A DNA stretch of 40,989 bases, taken from Octopus bimaculoides (Eukaryota). A program made the translations under genes and the position numbers. A model generated the notes under the pieces. It worked only from the letters and a program-made list of their open reading frames with translations. It made no database searches and was not told where the DNA came from. Each line of letters opens with the position of its first letter. Position 1 is the first letter of the stretch. Where the stretch lies: assembly GCF_001194135.2 (NCBI RefSeq), contig NC_068991.1, positions 39,097,134 to 39,138,122 of the forward strand, written 5' to 3'. Of this stretch, positions 24,535 through 35,927 are shown in pieces.

Positions 24535-24865
24535 TTCTGGCACGTGTAAAGACATTCGAGCGAGTTCGTTGCCGGTACCGCTGGACTGGCTCCTGTGCAG
24601 GTGGCATGTAAAATACACCATTTTGAGCGTGGCCGTTGCCAGTACCCCCTGACTGGCCTTCGTGCCGGTGGCACGTAAAAGCACCCACTACACTCTCAGA
24701 GTGGTTGGCGTTAGGAAGGGCATCCAGCTGTAGAAACTCTGCCAAATCAGAGTGGAGCTTGGTGCAGACATCTTGTTCACCAGTCCTCAGTCAAATCGTC
24801 CAACCCATGCTAGCATGGAAAGCGGACGTTAAACGATGATGGTGATGATGATGATGATGATGATT
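24535..24865 (+). mobile_element. RTE 3' tail element (family F), low-divergence copy with tandem hairpin module
   Basis: CpG-rich; TGGCAYG...TAAA units at 24538, 24602 and 24669; ends AGCGGACGTTAAACGATGATG. Confidence 0.85.
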
Positions 24866-25068
24866 ATAGGCACAAGGCTTGAAATTTTGTAGGATGGGGG
24901 ATAGTTAGCTACGTTGGCTCCAGTGCTTAACTGGTACTATTTCATCAACCTTGCACCCCAAAAAGGATGAACAGCAAAGTCAACCTCAGTGGCATTTGGA
25001 CTCAGAGTATAAAGAAATGCTGCTAGGCATTTTGTCTGGTCTGTTAATGACTGCCAGCTTGCTCTCTT
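24866..25068 (-). mobile_element. SINE family B
   Basis: Inverted match to 26482-26693. Confidence 0.8.
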
Positions 25069-25094
25069 ACAACAACAAATAGCAATAATAATAA

Positions 25095-25270
25095 TCCTTT
25101 CTACTATAGGCATAAGGCATGAAATTTTGTGGGGAGGGGGTAAGTCGATTACATGGACCCCAGTGAGTAACTGGTACTTAATTTATTGACCTTGAAAGGA
25201 TGGAAAGCAAAGACAACCCTGGCGGAATTTGAACTCAGAACATAAAGATGTACAAAGTGCCACTAAGCTA
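25095..25270 (-). mobile_element. SINE family B, 5' truncated
   Basis: Inverted match; (TAA) tail at 25085-25095. Confidence 0.8.
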
Positions 25271-25736
25271 CAGTATGCTATTTAATCTAAACTTGGAACC
25301 CTGACAGTTGCTACTGCTCTGGGGTCAGAGTAGATCCGGGAGCAATGGTGGCTAAGAGGTGGTTCCAAATTGGCCTGATACAAACTCTTTTTTATTGAAT
25401 AGAATGGATATTGTTGGGATGTCATTGTTTGTGGCCTGGAAGTTGTTGGCCAGGTGCTTCTTTGCTCCCAGTATGTTTAACCCCACCATCATGGGGGTCT
25501 TTTCTCTCACCTTCATGCTCTTATGCTGTTGTTTCCTTCATGTTGGTGATGTAGGGTTGCATTGCTTGGATGTAGTTCAGCAGGCTATCAACATTCTGCT
25601 AGACTTGTTTGTGAGGAAGCACATAACTTCCCTATTTTTTGTGTACACACATACAATTATGCACACACACACACCACGCACACACAGATACAGATGTAAA
25701 TGCATGCACAGATAAGGATACACACCAGAGAAAGAC

Positions 25737-25926
25737 AGAATGGACTAAACAGCACAGGAGGAGACACATGAGATGGAAAGTCACTGAAGAAGTCACATGT
25801 GGTGTGATGAAAGATTTCCAGACAAAGGGCATAAAATAAGGACAATAATAAATCTGAGGTGTAGAATGAATATATAGTATGTGTGTTTATTTGCGGGGTG
25901 GGGAATGACCATCCCAAAATATAACA
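25737..25926 (+). repeat. LTR-like 3' end fragment, homologous to 34620-34816
   Basis: About 190-bp direct homology; AATAAA, GT-rich segment, ends ATATAACA. Confidence 0.55.
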
Positions 25927-26010
25927 ATAGAATTTAATTTTTTAAAAAGTGTTTTGTTTTGTTTAGTCTTGCTTAAAACTCACATCTTTGTTTTTCTTTT
26001 ATTTAATAAT

Positions 26011-26221
26011 CCTTTCTTTCAAAGGCGCAAGGCCTGAAATTTGTGGGGAGAGAATAATTGATTGCATCAAACCCAGTACTCAATTGATGCGTATTTTATC
26101 AACCCTGAAAGGATGAAAGGCAAAGGCGACCTTGGCACAATTTAAACTCAGAATGTAAAACTGGAAGAGATGTCCCAAGGCATTCTGTCCGACGTGCTAA
26201 CAATTCTGCCAGCTTGCCATC
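26011..26221 (-). mobile_element. SINE family B with 17-bp TSD
   Basis: TTCTTTTATTTAATAAT at 25994-26010 and 26222-26238. Confidence 0.9.
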
Positions 26222-26481
26222 TTCTTTTATTTAATAATAAAAAAGAAATTCATATAAAATTCATATCAATTATTGATCTTAAAGTCAATAACCAGAATGT
26301 GCACATTATTGAATTGGCTGGAAGTCAGTCACAGGTGGTTGAGGAGCTAAACAGCCAATCTATTAATGAAAAGTTAGCAACTAATTTTGACCTGAAGTGT
26401 TACATTGTATCCCTGGTACATAGTAAAGAAATTTACAACTCAATAATCTAGTCTACCTTATGAATAAGTGCCATGAATAAA

Positions 26482-26693
26482 GGCAGCAAGCTGGAAGAAA
26501 CATTGGCACACCAAGCGAAATGCTTAGCGGTATTTTTTCTGTCTTTACATTCTGAATTAAAATTCTGCTGAGGTCAACTTTGCCTTTCATCTTCTTGGGG
26601 TCGATAAATTAAGTACCAGTTGCGTACTGGGGTCGATCTAATTGACTGCTCCCCCTCCCCCAAAATTTTGGGCCTTGTGCCTAGAGTAGAAAA
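26482..26693 (+). mobile_element. SINE family B with 18-bp TSD
   Basis: GAATAAGTGCCATGAATA at 26462-26479 and 26694-26711. Confidence 0.9.
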
Positions 26694-27029
26694 GAATAAG
26701 TGCCATGAATAGGAGTAACTTACTTCAATCATTAAGTAATAATTATTACTAGATAATTCATGAAATTTTGTTAGCTTCTAGCACCAGCTTCAAATTCTTT
26801 CATAGACAGCCTCTGTAACAGTCTTTCATCTTTCATAGTCACAGACTTATCTGTCAAAGTCTTTAAACAACTTAAAACCTGTGATATATTGCAATACTCT
26901 ACTGGATACATCAGTTAATAAAGTAGGATATAAAAGTTAAAATTCATTTGCTTTCTAATTACAATATTTGTAATTATTGCCGTTTTCTTTCTTTCTTCCA
27001 TTTGTGCTTTCTTTTTTCTTCCCTTCTTT

Positions 27030-27041
27030 CTTCTTTTCATG

Positions 27042-27124
<83 letters not shown>

Positions 27125-27150
27125 TTTTTTCTTTCTTTCTTTCCTTCCTC
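27030..27150. repeat. (TTTC)n tetranucleotide microsatellite
   Basis: Visible run. Confidence 0.95.
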
Positions 27151-29124
27151 CTTTCTATCTTTCTCTCTTCTTTTTTCTTGTATTAACACCAGTTTTTAAA
27201 TCAATTTTTTAATTGTTGGTTTTCCATCCTAACATTGATTAAAGGATCTACAAATTCTGATTCTTACTTGAATCATATGTGCATGTATTCCACAGTTTGG
27301 TTATTCTTTACACTTAATGACATCAACTTAATCAATAAATTATTCCTATACAAACTGAATTCATGTATAATATGCACTCATGTATAATGCATGCTTGTAA
27401 TTATGGACAATGGAATGCTGGATAAATATGCTATGACTTTTATTTAGTAAATACAATGTATAGAAAAAGAAGTTTTTATCAGATTTATTAGAATTGCTGT
27501 ATAAAAATATATTGAAAATATTCACACAGTCATTTAGTCAGATTTATTATAATTGCTGTATATAATATACTGAAAACATTCACACATCCTAAATAAAATA
27601 GAAAGCAGATTCAAAAGCAACATTTGAATTTTACCATTCTAGACTATAAAAGTGCACCTGCTGTAAAGTCAATATTGAGGAAATAATGCAGTCATTTTTT
27701 TGTTTTGTTTTTTCATGAACTAAGTATGTATTATACATGAATAAATAAACCAACAAGATGCTGTAATAAACTCAATACATTAGGATTAAATTTTCCAGAA
27801 AACTATCTTTAAAATAATCATCAACATATTTAACATTACTAAATCTTAAGACACCATGATCTACTGTAAAGGTGAGCTTATCCTGACTAGAAGCACCAGT
27901 CACTGTTTTGTTTGCCTGTCCACCTTCACATCTTTGGTTCACTAAAAACCTAAATTACCAGGGCTGCACACCACTACCACCACCAATAATTGCAATAAGT
28001 GAGAAATATAATGGGAGTTTGGGATGTGTTTTTACTTTGAGATCAAATGGGATGTTAACTGAAATACAGTTTGATTGATTCTTTTATGGATGCTTTGATG
28101 CAATAGGTGCATTAAGCATGGATTGGTAGGAGCTGGACAACAGTTTAAGAAATAGTTTATCACTTTAAAAAAGTGTAGATGAGTCAATAAGACGCTAGCT
28201 TAGAGATCAACAGATTGTGTATTTTGTCTAAGCCACAAACTGTCGAGTTCATTTAGATGCGAGTAGGAACCATCAGTTAGGAATAATCTACTACTGTAAA
28301 CTATAGCAGCAGTGTAAAATTCACAAACATTTTATAGCTTCAATATTAAGTTCGAATGCTCCTGCTTATATAATCTGTAAAGAGAGGGCTCTGCCAAGTT
28401 CACTTGCTTAAGATATGTGAAGACTTTGTGTTTAGTGACAGCTCTATTTCTCCATCTGTTTCTGTCTATTTAGCTGTAAAGAAGTACCATTTTTATAGCT
28501 GAGTTCATATTTAACACAGATTGTAAGAACCTCTTGATCATGATTAAAAGTCAACAGAACTGATAGAAGTTACTGTTAAGAAGATTATAATTTTTCAGGC
28601 TGTTGACATCATCATTAAGGATGAAACATTAGTTTTATAATGTTTAAGTCTATATTACAATTCAATTTCAGTTTATCTTATTCATGGCAGTGTACATAAT
28701 CTCAGACTGAATTCAAACCAGAGAGTTAGTTCATGAAAGTCTTTGCTGGAATCCATTCTGATAATTTGTAGCTTGGAGCTAATTTTAGAAAGTATTATCA
28801 GGCTAAGTCTGTGATTAGATTTCCATTCTCTATAGAAAAATACTTCCTTTCACTCTCTATGAACACTTCCAGGAATAAGACACCTGATGATGACTGGAGA
28901 TCAAACTGATGAAAATGTAATGTAAATGTAAATATTTTTAATATTTTTATCTTTTAGAGATAAGGTTAATAGCTTGTCAAAATTTAGTGAAATGTCTTGT
29001 TGAAGAACATAACCTAGTGTCCTCAGTTAGTTATGAACTGACAGCCTGATGTCTGTTTTCAATAAAAATAAAAACTTATATAGGCACAAAATTTGAAAAT
29101 GATGAAGAATTTAATAAAAATAAC

Positions 29125-29290
29125 ATCATTACCTCTGATATCTCAAGAACTGCTGGATGAATTCAGATGACACTTTCAGGGATGTTTGGCCTCATGACTG
29201 ACACAGTCTCATTAGATTTTGGGATTGATCCAGTACCGGACAAAGGTTCTGGATTATTTTTCCATATACTCAAACATTTTCAGTATTGAA
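29125..29290 (-). mobile_element. Helitron/Helentron-associated-like interspersed element fragment
   Basis: Minus strand AAAGTGTCATCTGAATTCATCCAGCAGTTCTTGAGATATC resembles the conserved block of DINE-1/HINE-type repeats; recalled pattern only. Confidence 0.4.
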
Positions 29291-29459
29291 CATTACCGTC
29301 CCATTTCCATTGTAAATACACACACACACACACGCATGCAAACATATCTCTCTTTTACATGCACATATACTCATACTTCAAACAACATTTACTGGCTTTT
29401 GCACTCCTTCTTTCATTATTCATCTATCATCCCTTCCTTCTCTTAAATGTGGATGTTCT

Positions 29460-29539
29460 GCTAGAACACTAGGGTTGATGTAATCGACTAGCTCCCTTCC
29501 CTGAAAAATTGCTGGTCTTGTGCCAAAACTTGAAACCAT

Positions 29540-29601
<62 letters not shown>

Positions 29602-29626
29602 TATTACTATTACTATTATTATTATT
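29460..29626 (+). mobile_element. SINE family B 3' fragment with (TCA)n/(TTA)n tail
   Basis: CTAGGGTTGATGTAATCGACT...CTTGTGCCAAAACTTGAAACC, then (TCA)n 29540-29600 and TTA-rich 29601-29626. Confidence 0.75.
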
Positions 29627-30006
29627 GTTCAGTAGTTTTATTTTTATAACGGGCTTTCACTTCACTACCGAGCGCAGCTCTGTGTGCCTTGGGTATGTGC
29701 TGTGGTTTGCTGTGATGCTCTTATGGTTACTGTATTGAAAGTGTTTTGCGTAGGATGTGTGCAGTGCCCAGTAGTGCAATTTTCTGTATGTTATATATAT
29801 TTGTAAGTCCTGGTGTTTTTGTTATGTATTTGTCTGAATGTTCTTTTATTATACCTAAGGCACCTACTATGATAGGAATTGTTTCTGTTTTTAGATTCCA
29901 CATTCGAGTTACCTCTATTTCCAGGTCTTTGTATTTTGAAAGTTTCTCCATTTCTTTTAGGGAAACGTTGTCATCTGCTGGTATTGATACATCAATTAGA
30001 AAGCAT
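29627..30006 (-). mobile_element. R4/Dong-type REL LINE, 3' fragment (subfamily 1)
   Basis: CFLIDVSIPADDNVSLKEMEKLSKYKDLEIE...IPIIVGALG...QKIALLGTAHILRK plus 3' UTR; (TAA)n-type tracts on both sides. Confidence 0.9.
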
Positions 30007-30026
30007 ATTATTATTATTATTACTAC

Positions 30027-30080
<54 letters not shown>

Positions 30081-30296
30081 CCTGTGCAGCACCATGTAAA
30101 AGCATCTGTGTGGTGTCATGTAAAAGCACCCATCACACTCTGTAAAGTAGTTGGCATTAGGAAGAGCATCCAGCCATAGAAACCATGCCAAATCAGACAG
30201 GAGTGTGGTGCAGCTCCCCAGTTTGCCAGCTCTGGTCACACCATCCAACGAATGCCAGCATGAACAACACATGTTAAATGATGACGATGATGATTA
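30081..30296 (+). mobile_element. RTE 3' tail element (family F)
   Basis: CATGTAAAAGCA x2, GTTGGCATTAGGAAGAGCATCC, GAT tail. Confidence 0.8.
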
Positions 30297-30512
30297 TCAA
30301 GGTGGCAAGCTGGCAGAATCGTTAGCACACCAGGTGAACTGCTTAGCAGTATATCATCTGTCTTCACGTTCTGAGTTCAAATTTCGCTGAGGTCAACTTT
30401 GCCCTTCATCCTTTCAGTGTCTGTGAAATAAGTACCAGTTGAGCGCTGGGGGTTGATGTAATTGATTATCCCCCTCCCCCAAATTTCAGGTCTTTTGTCT
30501 ATAATAGAAAGG

Positions 30513-30589
<77 letters not shown>
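30297..30589 (+). mobile_element. SINE family B with long (ATT)n tail
   Basis: Body 30297-30512, (ATT)n 30513-30589. Confidence 0.9.
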
Positions 30590-30994
30590 CTCTTTGTCAC
30601 AGGTCTTGTTGGAGCTCCTACCTGCAGCCTACAGTACCATGCTATTCATTCTTTTCAGCTGTCTAATACTTTCCTGATTATTCTGGCTGTGCCAAGGAGG
30701 CAAATCTTTTGTAACAGTTCTACTGGGAACTCTATTCCAATTTCCTTTATATTCCTCTTGATGCCTTCTTATACTGTCCCCAAGGACCCAACAATAATTG
30801 GCACTATCTTCACCTTCTTCATTTTCCATAGCCGGGCTATTTCATACTTAAGAGTGTTGTATCTCTCTATCTTTTCACTTTCTTTCTATATAACATATGT
30901 GGTTCACCTTGTCCATTACCAGTAAGTCCGGTCTGTTATGCTCTATGACCTGATCCATTTGGATTGGGAAATCCCAGAGGATTTTGCTAGTCTC
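30590..30994 (-). mobile_element. R4/Dong-type REL LINE, 3' fragment (subfamily 2)
   Basis: KILWDFPIQMDQVIEHNRPDLLVMDK; LWKMKKVKIVPIIVGSLG; LLQKICLLGTARIIRKVL; ATT tracts on both sides. Confidence 0.85.
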
Positions 30995-31021
30995 ATTATT
31001 ATTATTATTATTATTATTATT

Positions 31022-31440
31022 TTATGTTTGACTTTTGCGTTGCATTTGTACAAGTTGGAACCAAGTCTCACCCAGAGACCTCAAGAGACAACAAGTTAGA
31101 AGTTCATGTAGGTGTTATGCCTAGGGTATCATATATTTGGATTTGTACATAGTGTTGTTCTAGAGAATGTATAAGAAACCATAAGAAAATTATAAGTTTG
31201 TTTTAAAATTTGAGATCACATAGACAGTATTTTACGTAGGATATGGGCAGTTCCCATGAGCACTATCTTTTGAACTTCAGCCATTTTGGGGTTTCCTGGT
31301 ATCTGAGCTAGGTAGTAATCAGCCCATTTCGCTGTCATTCCCAGGGCACCTATGACAATAGGTATTGTTTTAGTCTTCAGGTTCCACATTTTGCTCATTT
31401 CTATTTCAAGATCTTTATATTTGCTCAGTTTTTGGTAGGT
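31022..31440 (-). mobile_element. R4/Dong-type REL LINE, 3' fragment (subfamily 3)
   Basis: YQKLSKYKDLEIEMSKMWNLKTKTIPIVIGALG...QKIVLMGTAHILRKIL; ORF and UTR closely match 37728-38485; ATT tracts at 30995-31021 and 31441-31521. Confidence 0.9.
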
Positions 31441-31447
31441 TATTATT

Positions 31448-31522
<75 letters not shown>

Positions 31523-32126
31523 TGCTACTAACCTTGTCAGATGTGTTTTCTACCCACTCTTCAAAACACTGGCTTCTATGTACAATTGCATGGAATATTA
31601 AGTTTTAATATTTATTTTTGTACATAGACTCATCAAACTTTGCAAGTCTGTCTTCACAGGATTCTGATGAAGGAATAAGATTTGTTTTTGAAACAAATTC
31701 TTTTTTTCTGATTTTACATGAGCAAAATAGCTATGAGACATAGCAGCCATGCCCCTTGAAAGAAAAAGAAATTTGCAATTATGCAGATAAAAAAAAACAC
31801 AACAAAAAAAAAACGGTTAAGTAAATATTGTATAGCCGGACAAATGCCTTGAAAGAATAAAGAAAATCAATGACATTTCTATTAACAACGGCATAAGTAT
31901 GAACAATACAAGTGATTTTGCTCACAACAATGATGAGACTTGTACACACACACACCAGGCGAAAATGTAGTTAAAATTAGTTTTGAAAATCGCAGTTTGT
32001 CTTGTTACCACTGCACACTGTGACATAAAAGTGAATATGTCCAAGCTTAAGTAAATGCAGGTTGTCTAGCAGAACTATGTGGACTGAGATAGTCTCACCT
32101 TGCCTGAAATAGTATGAAAGAAAGTT

Positions 32127-32290
32127 GAGGTGACAAGCTGGCAAAATGCTTAATGGCATATTGTGTGTCTTTACACTCCGAGTTCAAATGTTGCCAGGAC
32201 TGACTCTGCCTTTCATCCTTTCAGGGTCAATAAAATACTAGTTGAACACTGGGGTCAATGTAATTGCCTTACCCTCTCCTCTGAAATTGA
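32127..32290 (+). mobile_element. SINE family B, degenerate
   Basis: AAGCTGGCAAAATG...GAGTTCAAAT...CTTTCATCCTTTCAGGGTCAAT. Confidence 0.75.
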
Positions 32291-32389
32291 ATAACCAATA
32301 TAGAGAAAAGTCATGAAATTTGTGCATACTGAAAAATGACAGGTGTTTTCAGCTGCCCTCAAAATAACAGCTGGAAGAGAATTTACTGG

Positions 32390-32620
32390 ATGGATGCTCC
32401 TTATTCCCAGTTTATCTCACAACACATTAACACCTTGTTGTACATGCACACTGATATTACACAACCAACAGAACATGCTGGCTTCATTTCTTTCAAGCTT
32501 TTGCATGTCTTCTGCTGTCACAGCCCATGTTTCACTATCATGTAGCATAGCTTCTCATGCAAGCATTATACAATCTGTTTTTCACTCTGCGGAAGAGGCC
32601 TTTGTCACCAATTGAGGTAA
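32390..32620 (-). mobile_element. RTE-clade LINE fragment
   Basis: LPQLVTKGL...RVKNRLYNACMRS...SETWAVTAEDMQKLERNEASM, homologous to 10880-11050. Confidence 0.8.
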
Positions 32621-32621
32621 G

Positions 32622-34187
32622 TGTTGTGGTGAGAGTCATTGACACCCCTGGGAGATGGGAGAATGGACTACCCGAACTCTTATAAAGAGTAGTAGTTGGT
32701 AGTAGTGGAGAGAATGTTTTGGTAGTCTCATGAAGTACGTCATGTGAACACATTGATTAAACCTCTGCTGCATAATTTATCTATACCAACCTGTGGCAGG
32801 ATATAAAAGTAGTGATGAGATATTCGAAGCTTGCATCAGACATTAAATTGTTTTTTGGTTTAAAAACCAAAGAAAAAAATCATTTACGATGGAAGATTTG
32901 TTGGCATGTGTGATACATTTGCAGCAGCAACAACAGCAGTTATTACAACAACTACAACAGCAACAACAACAATATCAACAGTTACTGGAAGTAATAAAGA
33001 AGTCTGAAAATATTTCAGGTTTGTTCTCATCAGACAACGTAGCAAATTCAATTGGAGAATTTATTTATAACCCAGAAGAAGGTACTACTTTTTCTGCATA
33101 TTTTAGAAGATATGAAGAAATCTTCAAAGAAGTATGCAAAAGTTAGAATGACAAGAAAAAGGTGTGACTACTTTTAAGAAAGTTATTCTCTGCCGAACAC
33201 GAAAAATACTGTAGTTATATTTTGCCAAAGAAACCAGGTGAGATTTATTTCAATGAAATAATCAATTTATTATTGAGAATATTCAGTGACAGAAGTTCCC
33301 TGTTCAATATTCATTGGCAATGTTTAAATTTACTTAAAAAGGATGATGAAGATTTCATCACCTATACTGGGGGTTGTTAACAGAGAGTGTGAAAAATTCA
33401 AATTAAATGAATAAACCCTGGATTTGTTGAAATGTCTAATTCCGGTTCAAGGGTTAACTGCAAGAAAAGATGCTGATATATGTTCCTGTATATTAACAAA
33501 ATTAGAAAAGGACCAAAAATTAACTCTACAGGCAGTGGCTGAAGAATGCCAGAAGATTATAAATTTAAGACATGATGCAGAGAAAATTGGAGAAAAAGAT
33601 TGCTCTAAAATACATGTGCGTTGTCCTGAAACGGATAAGAAAAAAGAAAAGCCAACATCATGACCAAATCTGTGCTATGGGTGTAGAGGTTTGCATTTTA
33701 AAAGTAATTCTCCTAATGTTTTGATTGTGGAAAAATTGGACATAAAAGTTCACATTGTATAGCAAAGCAAAAAATAAGGGGTCAAACAAAAAAATTCTAG
33801 AAAAAATGTATTGTTAAAAAAAAATTGCAGTTGAATGGAGGAAAGTTTTTTCAAAGTTGGACCTATCTGAAGCATATTTGCAAGTAAATGTCGATGAAAA
33901 ATGTTCAAAATTATTGACAATAAATACCCATAATGGGTTGTATAAATTTAATCAACTCCCCTTTGGTATAAAGGTAGCTCTTGGCATTTGCCTACAAATT
34001 ATGGACATTATGCTTGCAGGTTTGGATTTAGCTATAGCTTACCTTGATGACATACTCATAAAAAGTGAATTTTGAGGTCAGCATGCTGAGTATGTTAAAA
34101 AGGTCTTCAAAAGAATAAAAGAGTATGGTTTTAAGCTCAGTGAAGAAAAGTGTGAATTTTTTATGCCAAGAAAAAAATATCTAGGAA
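32622..34187 (+). mobile_element. Second Gypsy element: putative 5' LTR, gag and partial RT (K02A2.6-like), deleted and truncated
   Basis: LTR-like 32622-32791 (TGTTG..., TATAAA 32681, ATTAAA 32756, ...CCAAC); gag from ATG 32889 (FIYNPEEGTTFSAYFRRYEEIF); CCHC CFDCGKIGHKSSHC 33717-33758; RT LDLSEAYLQ...LPFG...YLDD...KCEF. Confidence 0.9.
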
Positions 34188-34542
34188 ACTCTGGGCATTG
34201 GAGGAAATCTGTTTCCTATGTATTCTTCATGTTTATTGTTCTTTCACATCTGCCACACTCAACCTTTCAGCCTTGTCCATTATACAACCTCTTATGTTAT
34301 AGCCACCAGAGAGAGGAACACTGCCTACCCAGCCTTGTTAGAAGAGAGTGGTAGGGCAGTCTTCACAAAGGTCTTGGCCAGTTGCTAGATTCAGCCTATA
34401 TGAAACAACAGCAGTTTGACATAACTCCACAAATTGGGGATGCTCAGACACTGCATGAGTACCTGCAGCACAGTTTTATTGCTCAGTGCACATGTCAGTT
34501 CTATCTAGTGGCCCTTGTGTGTCTGTAGGGTTTATTTCAAAT

Positions 34543-34816
34543 TGTTAGTGTTCCACAGTAGTATTGTTAGGCCAAGGATTTCTGGATATGATCCACAGTG
34601 GTGTATTTATTTTGCAGCCAGAATTGACTAAACAAGACAGGAGAAGACACGTGGGATGGAGAGTCACTGATGCAGTTACAGGATATGTGACAAAAAATTT
34701 CAGACAAAGGACACTAAAATAAGAGTAATAATAAAGCTGAAGGAAAGAATGAGTTTATAGTATGTGTTTATTTGGCAAAAGAAAACCCCTAAAAAAACCC
34801 ATCCTGAAATATAACA
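34543..34816 (+). repeat. Putative solo LTR (TGTTA...TAACA)
   Basis: Terminal TGTTAG (34543 or 34565) and ATATAACA (34816); AATAAA and GT-rich U5-like segment; partial second copy at 25737-25926; TSD only 3/4. Confidence 0.45.
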
Positions 34817-35059
34817 ATATCCACAGTATTTCCCACCTAAAAGTCCTCTTAAGCAGACCAGCCAGTTTGTCCTCTTTGATTCCTAGTTTCAACAAAAACA
34901 TCATTGCTCATACCCACCACTAGTCTTCTCTATATTGCTAAAAATGCAATTTCTGCTGACTACATTGACCAACTGTTAAAGGGAGGTGAGTGTCTGATGA
35001 CATTCCAGATCCCAGGCACTCAAATGACTGAGACAAATGGTATAAACCTGTAGAAGACA

Positions 35060-35245
35060 CTTACCAAATATAACAATCTTGTTGAAATAATTTGAGATAT
35101 GCTTGTCTAGACTGATAAGGAGATGGAAGCAAACGGAGATATAATTAACTCAAGATATAATTAACTATTCTGATAGAGGCATGAAGTTGTGAAACTATCA
35201 AGATATGAGGATCTTGGATCAGAAATTGGCAGAACATGAGGTACA
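35060..35245 (+). mobile_element. Highly decayed R4/Dong REL fragment
   Basis: VKLSRYEDLGSEIGR resembles KLSKYKDLEIEI. Confidence 0.5.
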
Positions 35246-35247
35246 AA

Positions 35248-35389
35248 CACTAGCATAACTAGAGTGGGGTGGTTCACCCTGGGTGCCACTTTTGGGTCTG
35301 CTGTAGACAATATGTATTTTCTGTGGGGGGCTCAGGGGTAGCAAACTGAAGGGATGCCCTGAGCAACACACACTCTAGCTATGCAAGTG
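35248..35389. mobile_element. MITE with 19-bp terminal inverted repeats
   Basis: CACTAGCATAACTAGAGTG and CACTCTAGCTATGCAAGTG, 17/19 inverted match; superfamily not assigned. Confidence 0.6.
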
Positions 35390-35863
35390 GGTATAAAAGT
35401 AAAAAAAGTGAAAAAGTATAAATGATAATTGGTGAATGAGAATTAATAAAGAAGAAGATGAATGAAAATATAAAGCTATACACATAGTCCCAAAATAGTA
35501 ATGCTGGGCACAGCTCACGTCCTACTCACTGCACTTTCAATTCAATGGCACAATTCATGTAGAATATCCTCTGTTAACTAGTCATGCAATAAAATAAAAC
35601 AATTCACACAGCACATGCTCTACACTAATGTTTCTCAGCCATTTTTGTGCCACATCTCACATTGATTTTCAAAAATAAAATGTGTGCTCTACTACAAATG
35701 GACAAAGTTAATATATAACACAAACACACACACCCTCAAATACACACACACACACACGCACTGTATTTAAATATAATGTGTATATTAGATGATATTTATC
35801 TCTCACTGAATGGGGTACTTTTTTGTTGATCTTATCTATAATGGAACAATAAACTATATATAA

Positions 35864-35897
<34 letters not shown>

Positions 35898-35927
35898 TAT
35901 ATATATGTATGTATGCATGTATGTATA

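Noticed and set aside
25290-25640. Possible LINE-derived coding remnant on the minus strand
   Set aside because: Short open stretches (GLNILGAKKHLANNFQ...) but no motif I can assign
27268-27871. Several splice-like sites (minus 27665-27640 and 27345-27268; plus 27799-27871)
   Set aside because: Frames close with stops or give only a few codons; expected by chance in AT-rich DNA
29746-30145. Plus-strand 117-aa and 88-aa ORFs
   Set aside because: Antisense shadows of the R4 ORF plus the ATT tract; likewise 39934-40188 and 40668-40970
31664-31698. CTGATGA...GAAAC, hammerhead ribozyme / Penelope-end-like
   Set aside because: Stem II needs several G-U pairs and lacks the conserved G-C pair; a competing perfect hairpin ATTTGTTT-ttg-AAACAAAT exists; no convincing stems I and III. 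An Infernal search with hammerhead models would settle it
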